DNA of 64,000 nucleotides from a phage: NCBI GenBank assembly GCA_011911785.1, contig GCA_011911785.1_4084.1; one strand, 5' to 3'. Shown piece by piece: positions 56,801 to 64,000 of this stretch (position 1 is its first letter; each line of letters starts with the position of its first letter). The notes under the pieces were generated by a model. It saw only the letters and a program-made list of their open reading frames with translations, ran no database searches and was not told where the DNA came from. The position numbers and the translations under genes were made by a program.

Positions 56801-59478
56801 TTGTCATAAACCCATTCACCAATGTGTTGAGCCGTATCAGGTTCATATTTCACTTCAATATCAAAAGATTCACCCAACGGAACAGTTTCATTTGCAGGTG
56901 ATAAAGTAATCCCAGTAAGTGCATCATAACTTGCAACACATGTGTTTGTTGCGGAGTGTCCAGTTGACTTATATGTTAATGTTAATGGAGTATCTGATTT
57001 CTTAATAACCTTAAATATCCCTTTTTCATATTCTCCATTATTAAGATGTTCCAAATATTCATGGTCGAATAACCAAACACCAAAATGATATGCAGTATCA
57101 GGTTCATATTTTATATCAATAGTGAATGTTGAACCTAATGGGGCAATTTCGGATGTAGGAGAAAGTGAAATCCCAGTTAATACATCATGTGATGAATCAA
57201 CGTTAACATATGCTGGATATGCATTACCATTTTGGTAGCTCATACTAACATTTGGTGATTTCTCAATAATTTTAAAGTGAGCACGTTCAGGTGTACTGTC
57301 ATCTAAATGAGTCAAATAATATTGATTGTAATACCACGCACCAGCATGTTCTGCATTATCAGGTTCATATGTTAAATCAATATAGAAATCAGTTCCGACT
57401 GGTGCAATAATTTTAGAAGGATTTGCTGTTATTATAGTTGGTGTTACAAAAGGAACACTACCATAAATGGTATTACTTGTAATGGAACCAGACTTATAGG
57501 TAAATGCAAGTTTATCTTGTGTATCTTTAATAGCTAAGAATCTTGCATAATTTGGTGCTTCTGGGTCCATTCCTTGATACTCAAAATGTTCTTTGTCATA
57601 TTCCCATGTACCAGTGTGTTCTGCTTCATCAGGTGTATAAGTTAGTTCAATATATGCAAGTTCACCAACAGTTAATATTTGGAATCGTATAGGGTCATAA
57701 GCAGCAATTGTAAGTGATTCCAAATCTTTATAATCAACTTTACACTCATTAGTTGCAGTAACTTTACCTTCTGAGTACACTAAATCAATTTTATCAATAT
57801 GTTTTAATGCTTTAAAGTGTGCTTTATCAGCAGTTGACTTAGTACTATCAAATGTGATATATTCTTTAAACGTATCAGTATTCCATGCACCTTCGTGTTT
57901 AGCGGTGTCTGGTACATAAGATATCTCAATATCAAATTCATCACCAATCTTCACAGTTTCTGATGTAGGATTCAGTACTAGTGAAGTTAAATCAGAATAT
58001 AGGACATTGAAGCTAACTGTTTTAGCATCACCACCACCATCTGGGGTAAATGTTGCAGTTGTGGTTCCTTGCTTCTTGGCTACGTAGTACATTACATCAT
58101 CGGTACTTTTAGTTGTATCTTCTTCAACGATCCCAACTGGTTCAAATGTCCAAGTACCACCTTTTTGTGCATTGTTTGGTGTATAAGTAATGTCAATTTT
58201 ACCAGTACTTTCTGGTTTGATATTGGATACAGTACTAGGTGTTAACACTACACTTTTCAAATCAGCATACTCAACCGTGAAGTTGACTTCTGGTAAATCT
58301 TTAGTATAATCTGCACTTGGTGTAAATGTAGCTTTTGTACTACCATGTTCAAGTAGCTGGTAATCAAATTTAGTATCTGTATGCGAAATACTTTTTACTA
58401 TATTAGTATCATCAATTGACCATGTTCCACCTTGTTTGGCGTTATCAGGGGTATAGATTATTTCAATCGTGCCAGATGAACCCGCTTTGTCATCTACAGA
58501 GGCAGGTTTGAGTTCTACATTGTCCAACGCAGCATAAGTTATGTCAATTGTTGCAGCCGCAGTTTTAGTTTTATCTTCATTTAATGTGAAGAGTACACTG
58601 GTGGTTGGGTGAACATTTTCTTTGACAGCTATTGCTTTAAACGTTATACTATTTTCGTCTTCACTTACAACTTCAAGAACATTTGTGTTGTATCCACTCC
58701 ATACACCACCACGTTTAGCTGGGGCATAATCGACTGGATCATAAACAACAGATACAGTAAATGTATCATTAAGTTTTACATCAATTGGGTTTGGGTTGAG
58801 AGAAACACTAAAGAGGACGTTAGGATCATCATGTAAATGACCGAACGCGGTTGATTTTAAATGAGGTTTGTTTGTGGGAGTGAATGATATTTCTACTGGA
58901 ATATCACCATCAATGACTCCTGCTTGGAGGATAATACTATTTTTATCACTATGTACTTCAGTTAAATGTTCAGTTGGGTATGTCCATGTACCAGATTGGT
59001 CAGGCCAATCTTTCGGAGAGAAGTAAGCAGTGAATTGCATTTTATCATTTGAATAAAGAACAAAATCATCTGGCTTTATTATAACTTTAGACAACGAATT
59101 TGGCTCCACGTTCGTTCTTCTGAAAATTATTTCACCATTATGTAATTTTATTTTATTACTTTGATATTGAATACCAAAACCATACTTATTATTAATAGCA
59201 TCAGCTTCTTTTATGCAAAATGTATTATTTGCTAAAGATTTAGCAATTTCAGCATCGTCATCATCATACAACAATGTTGATTTATCTTTATTTCTACCTG
59301 TGATTTTTATATCTTTGTAAATCTTGAAATTTTCAGATATTAAATCATATGAATCGAATGTTCTTTGTTTTATAACATACAATTCTTTAACAAATACTTG
59401 CCCTTCTATCTTTGCAGCAGTAACCTGCAATCCACCTATAACAAATGGAAATTGATCTAAGCCAGCTATTGGTTTCAT
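53833..59478 (-). CDS. giant Ig-like repeat protein (1881 aa) with conserved N-terminal module
   Basis: N-terminal ~125 aa paralogous to 44617..44991 and 45049..47475; about 18 tandem repeats (e.g. DSTPDRAHFKA...YTPDTA.H.G.W); AAGGAG RBS. Confidence 0.8.
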   Translation of the reverse strand: MKPIAGLDQFPFVIGGLQVTAAKIEGQVFVKELYVIKQRTFDSYDLISENFKIYKDIKITGRNKDKSTLLYDDDDAEIAKSLANNTFCIKEADAINNKYGFGIQYQSNKIKLHNGEIIFRRTNVEPNSLSKVIIKPDDFVLYSNDKMQFTAYFSPKDWPDQSGTWTYPTEHLTEVHSDKNSIILQAGVIDGDIPVEISFTPTNKPHLKSTAFGHLHDDPNVLFSVSLNPNPIDVKLNDTFTVSVVYDPVDYAPAKRGGVWSGYNTNVLEVVSEDENSITFKAIAVKENVHPTTSVLFTLNEDKTKTAAATIDITYAALDNVELKPASVDDKAGSSGTIEIIYTPDNAKQGGTWSIDDTNIVKSISHTDTKFDYQLLEHGSTKATFTPSADYTKDLPEVNFTVEYADLKSVVLTPSTVSNIKPESTGKIDITYTPNNAQKGGTWTFEPVGIVEEDTTKSTDDVMYYVAKKQGTTTATFTPDGGGDAKTVSFNVLYSDLTSLVLNPTSETVKIGDEFDIEISYVPDTAKHEGAWNTDTFKEYITFDSTKSTADKAHFKALKHIDKIDLVYSEGKVTATNECKVDYKDLESLTIAAYDPIRFQILTVGELAYIELTYTPDEAEHTGTWEYDKEHFEYQGMDPEAPNYARFLAIKDTQDKLAFTYKSGSITSNTIYGSVPFVTPTIITANPSKIIAPVGTDFYIDLTYEPDNAEHAGAWYYNQYYLTHLDDSTPERAHFKIIEKSPNVSMSYQNGNAYPAYVNVDSSHDVLTGISLSPTSEIAPLGSTFTIDIKYEPDTAYHFGVWLFDHEYLEHLNNGEYEKGIFKVIKKSDTPLTLTYKSTGHSATNTCVASYDALTGITLSPANETVPLGESFDIEVKYEPDTAQHIGEWVYDKEYLQYNAAQSVEYEKGNFTVIKKSDTPLTITFEQGSVKGNSICDAKYDKLTDFSITPASEIVPLGETFVIDITYTPDTAQHIGTWDYDKDHLELLNPDDYDKPQFKVLKKSDTPLVISFTSAGITKTNTCDARYDLLTSVDLTPDSETVLNGDTFTIDISYTPDSAQHIGTWEYDTDMIKLIEPINYEQQQFQVLKRSDTPTVLKYTSTNGKYAENTCTAKYDKLVKLTLSPDNETVSVGDIIDIAITYEPSTAEHKGDWAYDETYLKLDTSKSTADVGVFEVIAKPPSTESTQQISFSSAGVTTENTCSILYDKLESVSVNPPSINVNDGDTFDVTITYVPDTALKSGKWSYETDYFSYLTSRSTESEAYFDVIKQLPDSKKLTFTSAKKSADVTVIPYSQLTDVKLSPESVTPAIGDDFYIDITYTPDTAQHIGTWNTSDFEEYLSLESDSTPDKAHFQVKKYSSSPITLTYTSSGKSSSSTCTIQHSALSAITISPSTIEVKTGDDFYIDITYTPDSAEHTGTWNTSGFDQYLTLESDSTPDRAHFKAIKTVDELELQFICGNIVSNKTICYVDYSVLESISLSPATEELDAGDDFYIDITYTPDTADHKGSWSYSLSDGSVAVGYFELLSDSTPDRAHFKALKSDPNPISLIYTSSGKTATNKCTVVHDIIQSISLGLPGKNDYHKGMEFKVNIVFKPSNVIPLAGTFSGEALNYCEYIPAKSTLTEAYFKVTAYDPSVGDSYYQQPVYGIDYFDEDEIPVDKTAEVLGAPFDLVYTIPGYAPATAQITPLRPYVESFTITPDSFTTKANSYGNYVVMTVNPPDAIGDGRLHESVVALPPYDYKVFSDSHNLMTILETPPEGIDVKFKYTQGTGHDAYSTNSVHIVSTASPLVSVDFIEKTTKSDHVNITALGKMYVAFLTNHPDDALYTGTLTYDETYLSVNWPPMKTIVHFYLIKKPENPITLTYEVKEAGITKTITITADF

Positions 59479-59612
59479 AACATCTCCTTACCTTAAAAAT
59501 GGGATTGTAAACTGCCTCCCAATATGATACCATAGTTCAAATGGTCAATTGGTAAATCAATGAACTTAACAAAAACACTTGATACTACAGTCATAATTGT
59601 TCAGTTTTGCAC

Positions 59613-59641
59613 TTGACATAATTGATCAATTATTGTACTAT
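59613..59641 (+). promoter_or_regulatory. candidate sigma70-like promoter
   Basis: TTGACA (59613-59618), 17-nt spacer, TACTAT; 35 nt upstream of ATG 59677. Confidence 0.35.
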
Positions 59642-59676
59642 TATTTATGTTCCTTAACTCAAATCCGAGGTAATCA

Positions 59677-60282
59677 ATGAAACGAATCTTGAAAGAGATT
59701 GTACAAACCGTTGTTTTAATCGCTGCATTAAACTTTCCGGCAGCGGCAGAAGTTTCAAAAAAATCATCTGTTTTTCTATTAAATGAACATGTTGTGTCAA
59801 TTGATGGTGAACTAAATGATGAAACTGTACAAGAAGTGAAGAAGTTGTGGAAAGAAACAAGATTTAAAATTTTAACAATTACATCACCTGGTGGAGATTT
59901 TGATGCAGGATTAGATTTGGGATTGTTTGTGGCTGCTAAAAAGTTAACTGTTTATGTCCCAAAGCAATGTAATTCGTCTTGTAGTCTGGTTTTTTTCTCT
60001 GCATCATCTGAACGTAGGGATATGAGTGATACCGCAGTGATGGGTTTACATAACATCTCACTAGTATCTACGAATGGTGCAGATCCAGATACGACATTCG
60101 TTTCAGTTAGACAGTTGATGGAGTTTACACATCAAGTCTCAACTAAAGTTGGGTATCTTTTTACACTGTACGCACATAACGGTATCCCCGCTGAAACACT
60201 CATTGATATCAGTACTAAACATGGTGAGGATATCGTTGTCTTACGAAGATCAGATCTCGTTAAATGGGGAATCATTCAATAA
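59677..60282 (+). CDS. secreted protein with ClpP/crotonase-like features (tentative)
   Basis: 201 aa; N-terminal signal-peptide-like segment ending AAA-E; ITSPGGDFDAGLDLG resembles ClpP SPGG region. Confidence 0.4.
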   Translation: MKRILKEIVQTVVLIAALNFPAAAEVSKKSSVFLLNEHVVSIDGELNDETVQEVKKLWKETRFKILTITSPGGDFDAGLDLGLFVAAKKLTVYVPKQCNSSCSLVFFSASSERRDMSDTAVMGLHNISLVSTNGADPDTTFVSVRQLMEFTHQVSTKVGYLFTLYAHNGIPAETLIDISTKHGEDIVVLRRSDLVKWGIIQ

Positions 60283-60286
60283 AAAG

Positions 60287-60315
60287 TTGTATTTTTTATG
60301 AAGCAATGATATAAT
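60287..60315 (+). promoter_or_regulatory. candidate promoter with extended -10
   Basis: TGATATAAT (TATAAT 60310-60315) with weak -35 TTGTAT; followed by 5' UTR hairpin GGGTGG-TGTACTG-CCACCC. Confidence 0.35.
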
Positions 60316-60409
60316 CCTAATACTAATTCATGATTTTGGTTAAGGGTGGTGTACTGCCACCCGATTTTAAGATATAATGGTTGTACATTATCAACCAAGG
60401 AAACAAAAA

Positions 60410-60673
60410 ATGACAGAATTATCACATCTTCAAGGCTGGACAGAGTTCATCTTCTATGCTACTATAGTTACATATGGAATCATTGTTCTTTTATCAGTGA
60501 TTATGGCAAGTGATTTCAAGAGTGGTTTTCTTGAAGAAAATGGTGAGTTTTCTTCTAAAACTGAAAAGTACTTTTATTATTTCTTTAAAATTTCGTATAC
60601 AATTTTACTCATAATTTTGGGTTTACTATTGTATTTCATGTACACAATCTTAGATGTAATGCATCTTTTATAA
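60410..60673 (+). CDS. small membrane protein
   Basis: ATG 60410 preferred (AAGGAA RBS); track start 60377 possible; two hydrophobic helices. Confidence 0.45.
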   Translation: MTELSHLQGWTEFIFYATIVTYGIIVLLSVIMASDFKSGFLEENGEFSSKTEKYFYYFFKISYTILLIILGLLLYFMYTILDVMHLL

Positions 60674-60684
60674 CGGAGATATCA

Positions 60685-61287
60685 ATGACTTGTATTATTG
60701 CTTACACTGATGGTAACACATCTTTTATCGCGGGTGACAAACTGGGTAGTAATGGTTTCACTAAAGCAATTCAAACTGAACCAAAAGTGTTTGAAAAAGA
60801 ATTCATCAAAATCGATGAAAGTGGATTGAATCGCACCAAAGAAGTTATGGCAATGGGATACACGTCGAGCTTCCGCATGGGACAATTGCTGACGTATAAA
60901 CTTGATTTACCTGAACAGCAATCAAACCAAACATTCTCACAGTACTTAGTACTTGAGGTAATCCCACGTATTCGCACACTCTTCAAAGAAGAATGGGGTG
61001 CTCGTGATACAACTCAAGACGTTGGTGGTGGACAGTTTATTATTCTCCACAATCATACAATTTATGAAGTTCAAGAGGATTTTTCAGTACTCCAACCTAA
61101 GACACAAATTACATCTGTTGGTAGTGGTACATATCATGCAATTGCAGCTATGCAAGCATATATTGAAGTTCAAAAAGAAACAGGTGTTAAGATGGTTGAT
61201 CGCACCGATTCTATCTTCAAAATTGTAAGTGATAATGTTACCAGCGTTAGTGCTGAGTATGATTTACTAAGCTATCCTAAGCTGTAA
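60685..61287 (+). CDS. Ntn-hydrolase, proteasome beta / HslV-like peptidase
   Basis: 200 aa; N-terminus M-TCIIAY (Thr right after Met), SFIAGDKLGSNG parallels HslV VVIAGDGQATLGN, TSVGSGTYHAIAAMQAY parallels IAIGSGGPYAQAAARAL. Confidence 0.6.
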   Translation: MTCIIAYTDGNTSFIAGDKLGSNGFTKAIQTEPKVFEKEFIKIDESGLNRTKEVMAMGYTSSFRMGQLLTYKLDLPEQQSNQTFSQYLVLEVIPRIRTLFKEEWGARDTTQDVGGGQFIILHNHTIYEVQEDFSVLQPKTQITSVGSGTYHAIAAMQAYIEVQKETGVKMVDRTDSIFKIVSDNVTSVSAEYDLLSYPKL

Positions 61288-61347
61288 TACAAAAAAGGGG
61301 ATTCTTATAATCCCCTATATTAATTTAATAAGGAGAGTATTATAACT

Positions 61348-61560
61348 ATGATAACTATCAATTACTTTTCACTATGCTTTGTTTATTTTGTTGTTGTATT
61401 TCTAGCAGTTGTAGCGTACAATAATATTAAATGTATATATAAAATTATCAAAAACAAAGAGAAATTCAATGGATGGATGATATATCACATTGTCATCTCG
61501 GTTGTGTGTATCTTATTTGTATACGATTTGAGTTCATTAGGTACAGTAGGTAAGCTATGA
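61348..61560 (+). CDS. small membrane protein
   Basis: 70 aa, two hydrophobic helices. Confidence 0.45.
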   Translation: MITINYFSLCFVYFVVVFLAVVAYNNIKCIYKIIKNKEKFNGWMIYHIVISVVCILFVYDLSSLGTVGKL

Positions 61561-62309
61561 TTTCTGACTCTTTTATAAAAAATAAAGGTAATAAACGTGT
61601 ATTGGTTATTTCCGGTGCAGGTCTATCCGTTGAAAGTGGGATGGAACCGTTTCGCATGGACGATGGCCTATGGGATCAATTTCAAATAAATGATGTATGT
61701 AACATTGCACGTCTTAGTACTAAGTATCATTTAGTACACACTTTCTATAATACATTACGTGTTAAAATGAAAGATTGTGTTCCTAATGATATGCATTATT
61801 ATATCAAATCTCTAGAAGATACATACGGTGATAACTTTTTACATATGACTTCGAATATGGATGATCTCTATACTCGTATTGGTGGCAATGAATTAAAGTT
61901 ACATGGTAATTTAAAAGAAGTTATTGAGAATTTTACAATTGGTGGTGACGATTATAGTATTGTGGATTGTGGTTATGAACCGTACATTCCGAAAGAAGGT
62001 GTCTTTGCGAAACCAAACGTAGTGTTCATTGGTGAATATTATCGTTATGTTGATGGTGAAAAACTCCCAATATACGATGAGCGTAATTTAGTATTGCAAT
62101 CCTTAACAGAAGATGATACAGTTGTAGTCATTGGTAGCAGTGACACAGTACTGAAATGGTCACATCTGGTTGCGTGTTTACCATGCTTTAGTGTTAATAT
62201 CAACATCAGAAAAAATGATAACGATTTCATGTTCAATGAAAAAATTATAAAACCAGCTACAAAAGCGATTCCAGTACTGGAAACTATCATTAAGGATAGA
62301 ATGAAATGA
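61557..62309 (+). CDS. Sir2-family (sirtuin-like) NAD-dependent protein
   Basis: 250 aa; VISGAGLSVESGMEPFR...DGLW (Sir2 NAD-binding motif), HMTSNMDDLY...LHGNL, KPNVVFIGE. Confidence 0.8.
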   Translation: MISDSFIKNKGNKRVLVISGAGLSVESGMEPFRMDDGLWDQFQINDVCNIARLSTKYHLVHTFYNTLRVKMKDCVPNDMHYYIKSLEDTYGDNFLHMTSNMDDLYTRIGGNELKLHGNLKEVIENFTIGGDDYSIVDCGYEPYIPKEGVFAKPNVVFIGEYYRYVDGEKLPIYDERNLVLQSLTEDDTVVVIGSSDTVLKWSHLVACLPCFSVNINIRKNDNDFMFNEKIIKPATKAIPVLETIIKDRMK

Positions 62310-62854
62310 TTCGAGAAGTACCTCTAGGTGAGTATGGTAAACGAGCAAACTTTGTATTCTGTTACTTCTTTGCTCGAAATTGTAACCCATATAAAGGTTA
62401 TGATTTAAATGATATCCCTGTTGTGAATCTGGTATTACTCCAGCTTCGTTGGGATGGTTTACTGGGTGGTTGTGGTGGAACAGTTGAAGATACCGATGCC
62501 ACCTTAGAAGATGCACTATTCCGTGAAATTCAGGAAGAGATGGATTATAATATTTTCATCGAACAACTGAAACCATTGAAAACTTACGAACTATATCCAG
62601 GAGCACATACTCATAGCTATAGTTATGAAGTTACTTACGAAGAATTGAAAGCGATTCGCGATGGATACAGTACTGCTAAACATGCAAGTGCAGAAGTGGC
62701 TGGTGTTAATTTATGTCACATTTCTCGTTATTCAAAGGGACAAAACCGAGAAGCAGGATATAATAATCTTATGACACAAAACTTCATAGGAACTGCTAAA
62801 ATGGAATTAGAACATCTTGTTCAATCCGAGAATTTACTGATTAGTTACTTATAA
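62306..62854 (+). CDS. possible divergent Nudix-like hydrolase
   Basis: 182 aa; GGTVEDTDATLEDALFREIQEEMDY approximates Nudix box with deviations; ATGA overlap with Sir2 gene. Confidence 0.3.
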   Translation: MIREVPLGEYGKRANFVFCYFFARNCNPYKGYDLNDIPVVNLVLLQLRWDGLLGGCGGTVEDTDATLEDALFREIQEEMDYNIFIEQLKPLKTYELYPGAHTHSYSYEVTYEELKAIRDGYSTAKHASAEVAGVNLCHISRYSKGQNREAGYNNLMTQNFIGTAKMELEHLVQSENLLISYL

Positions 62855-62865
62855 GGTGAATTATA

Positions 62866-63198
62866 ATGTCTTACTCAATGTTTCTGGATGATATTCGTGA
62901 TCCTGAAAAGTATTATCCAAATCAAAACATGGTTTTATGTCGTGATTATGAAAGTGCATGTGCTTATGTAAATGAACATGGTTTACCACAATTTATTAGC
63001 TTCGATCATGACTTAGGTGATGTTGGGGAGGATGAAAAAACAGGGTATTCATTTGCAAAATTTCTAATTGATTATATGGTCGAAAACAATATCAGTACTG
63101 GATTCGATTATATTATTCATAGCAGTAATCCTGTAGGGAAGGTCAACATTGACACATACTTACAGAATGGTTTTAGATTTTTGAGAGGGGACAATTGA
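62866..63198 (+). CDS. hypothetical protein
   Basis: 110 aa ORF. Confidence 0.55.
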   Translation: MSYSMFLDDIRDPEKYYPNQNMVLCRDYESACAYVNEHGLPQFISFDHDLGDVGEDEKTGYSFAKFLIDYMVENNISTGFDYIIHSSNPVGKVNIDTYLQNGFRFLRGDN

Positions 63199-63494
63199 CA
63201 AAACATCATATACAAAGCTTTATAATCACAAGTGTTATATTTCTTGTTGTGTTTTGGTTCTTCTATCATCAAGATCAAACCAAGCACCGAAATATATACT
63301 ACCGTACTGCTGTTGTTACTGACATAGGGCAGTGTGAAGAAAATACATGTTCATTTACTTATAAGACTGAAGATGGGTCTATTAAGTATGGAGCATCAAG
63401 GAAACCAGTTTCAGTTGGGCAAATTGTTTACAATGAATGCTGGACAGAAAAGGCTCGCGGTCACCGCTGCTACGTTGACTATGAGCCACAATAA
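63195..63494 (+). CDS. membrane protein, hypothetical
   Basis: 99 aa; N-terminal hydrophobic helix. Confidence 0.5.
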   Translation: MTKHHIQSFIITSVIFLVVFWFFYHQDQTKHRNIYYRTAVVTDIGQCEENTCSFTYKTEDGSIKYGASRKPVSVGQIVYNECWTEKARGHRCYVDYEPQ

Positions 63495-63557
63495 GAAGTG
63501 TCTGAGTCTATAATCTACCGTAGAGCACAAGGATGTGCTCATAACTCAAGGATGTTT

Positions 63558-64000
63558 TATGAAAAAATACACAATTGACACAAACGTACTACTATCCGAT
63601 CCAAATGCAACCGTAGCATTTGATGGGGCAGCAGTGATTCTACCATTCACTGTTCTTGAAGAACTTGATTCAATCAAGAGCCGTAATGTTGACGTATCAC
63701 GTGATGCACGTTTCGCAATCCGTAACATCGATGCAATTCTGAAAGATGCTACTCATGAAGAAATCAGCAGTACTGGTGTTAATATTGCCAATATCCACAA
63801 AAATATGGATGCATCCAGTAAGCTATTCGTTATGACGAATGAAGAAGCTGAAGCACTTATTCGTATGGGCGGCAGTGAAGATAAAGTAGAAACTCTACTT
63901 AAAAGTACTGTACCAGATGACAAAATCATTCTAGTGGCTTTGGCATCACAATCAGTACTGGTAACTCGCGACATTAACATGCGTATCAAAGCAATGAGCT
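63558..64000 (+). CDS. PIN-domain protein, likely N-terminus of PhoH-like ATPase (partial, runs off window)
   Basis: ATG 63558; MKKYTIDTNVLLSDPNA...AAVILPFTVLEELDSIK typical of PIN domain of PhoH2/YlaK-like proteins; no stop before window end. Confidence 0.55.

Noticed and set aside
45049-59478. CRISPR array or non-coding tandem DNA repeats in the structural region
   Set aside because: The periodicity is in-frame protein repeats (Ig-like domains, about 270 nt each, imperfect), with no short direct repeats separated by unique spacers.
60685-61287. Complete HslVU protease system
   Set aside because: Only the HslV-like peptidase is present; no AAA+ HslU-like ATPase (Walker A/B) ORF nearby.

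Overview
This window looks like part of a large, AT-rich, virulent T4-like or jumbo myovirus genome (host unknown; phage identity is inferred from gene content, not from a search). About 44 kb of tightly packed rightward genes is followed by a ~15 kb leftward operon of giant Ig-like repeat proteins, then a short rightward block of accessory enzymes. Confidently recognised enzymes: RNA ligase 1, polynucleotide kinase/phosphatase, ATP-dependent DNA ligase, dCMP deaminase, a Dam-like N6-adenine methyltransferase, a lambda-PPase-like phosphatase, a ClpP-like protease, a Sir2-like protein and a proteasome/HslV-like hydrolase. The most unusual content, in rough order of interest: (1) the palindrome AGTACT/CAGTACTG is enriched roughly ten-fold by hand count, in all reading frames and in non-coding DNA; (2) a tandem array of about 26 paralogous 110-280 aa genes sharing an invariant F-Q-x-S core; (3) a second family of about 25 paralogous ~90 aa genes; (4) a phage-encoded membrane protein with a canonical methyl-accepting chemotaxis signalling domain; (5) a Sir2 / Nudix-like / HslV-like / secreted ClpP-like cluster; (6) a 640-bp ORF-free, GC-richer locus that may encode a structured RNA. 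All calls come from reading the sequence and remembered family motifs; no database search was run.
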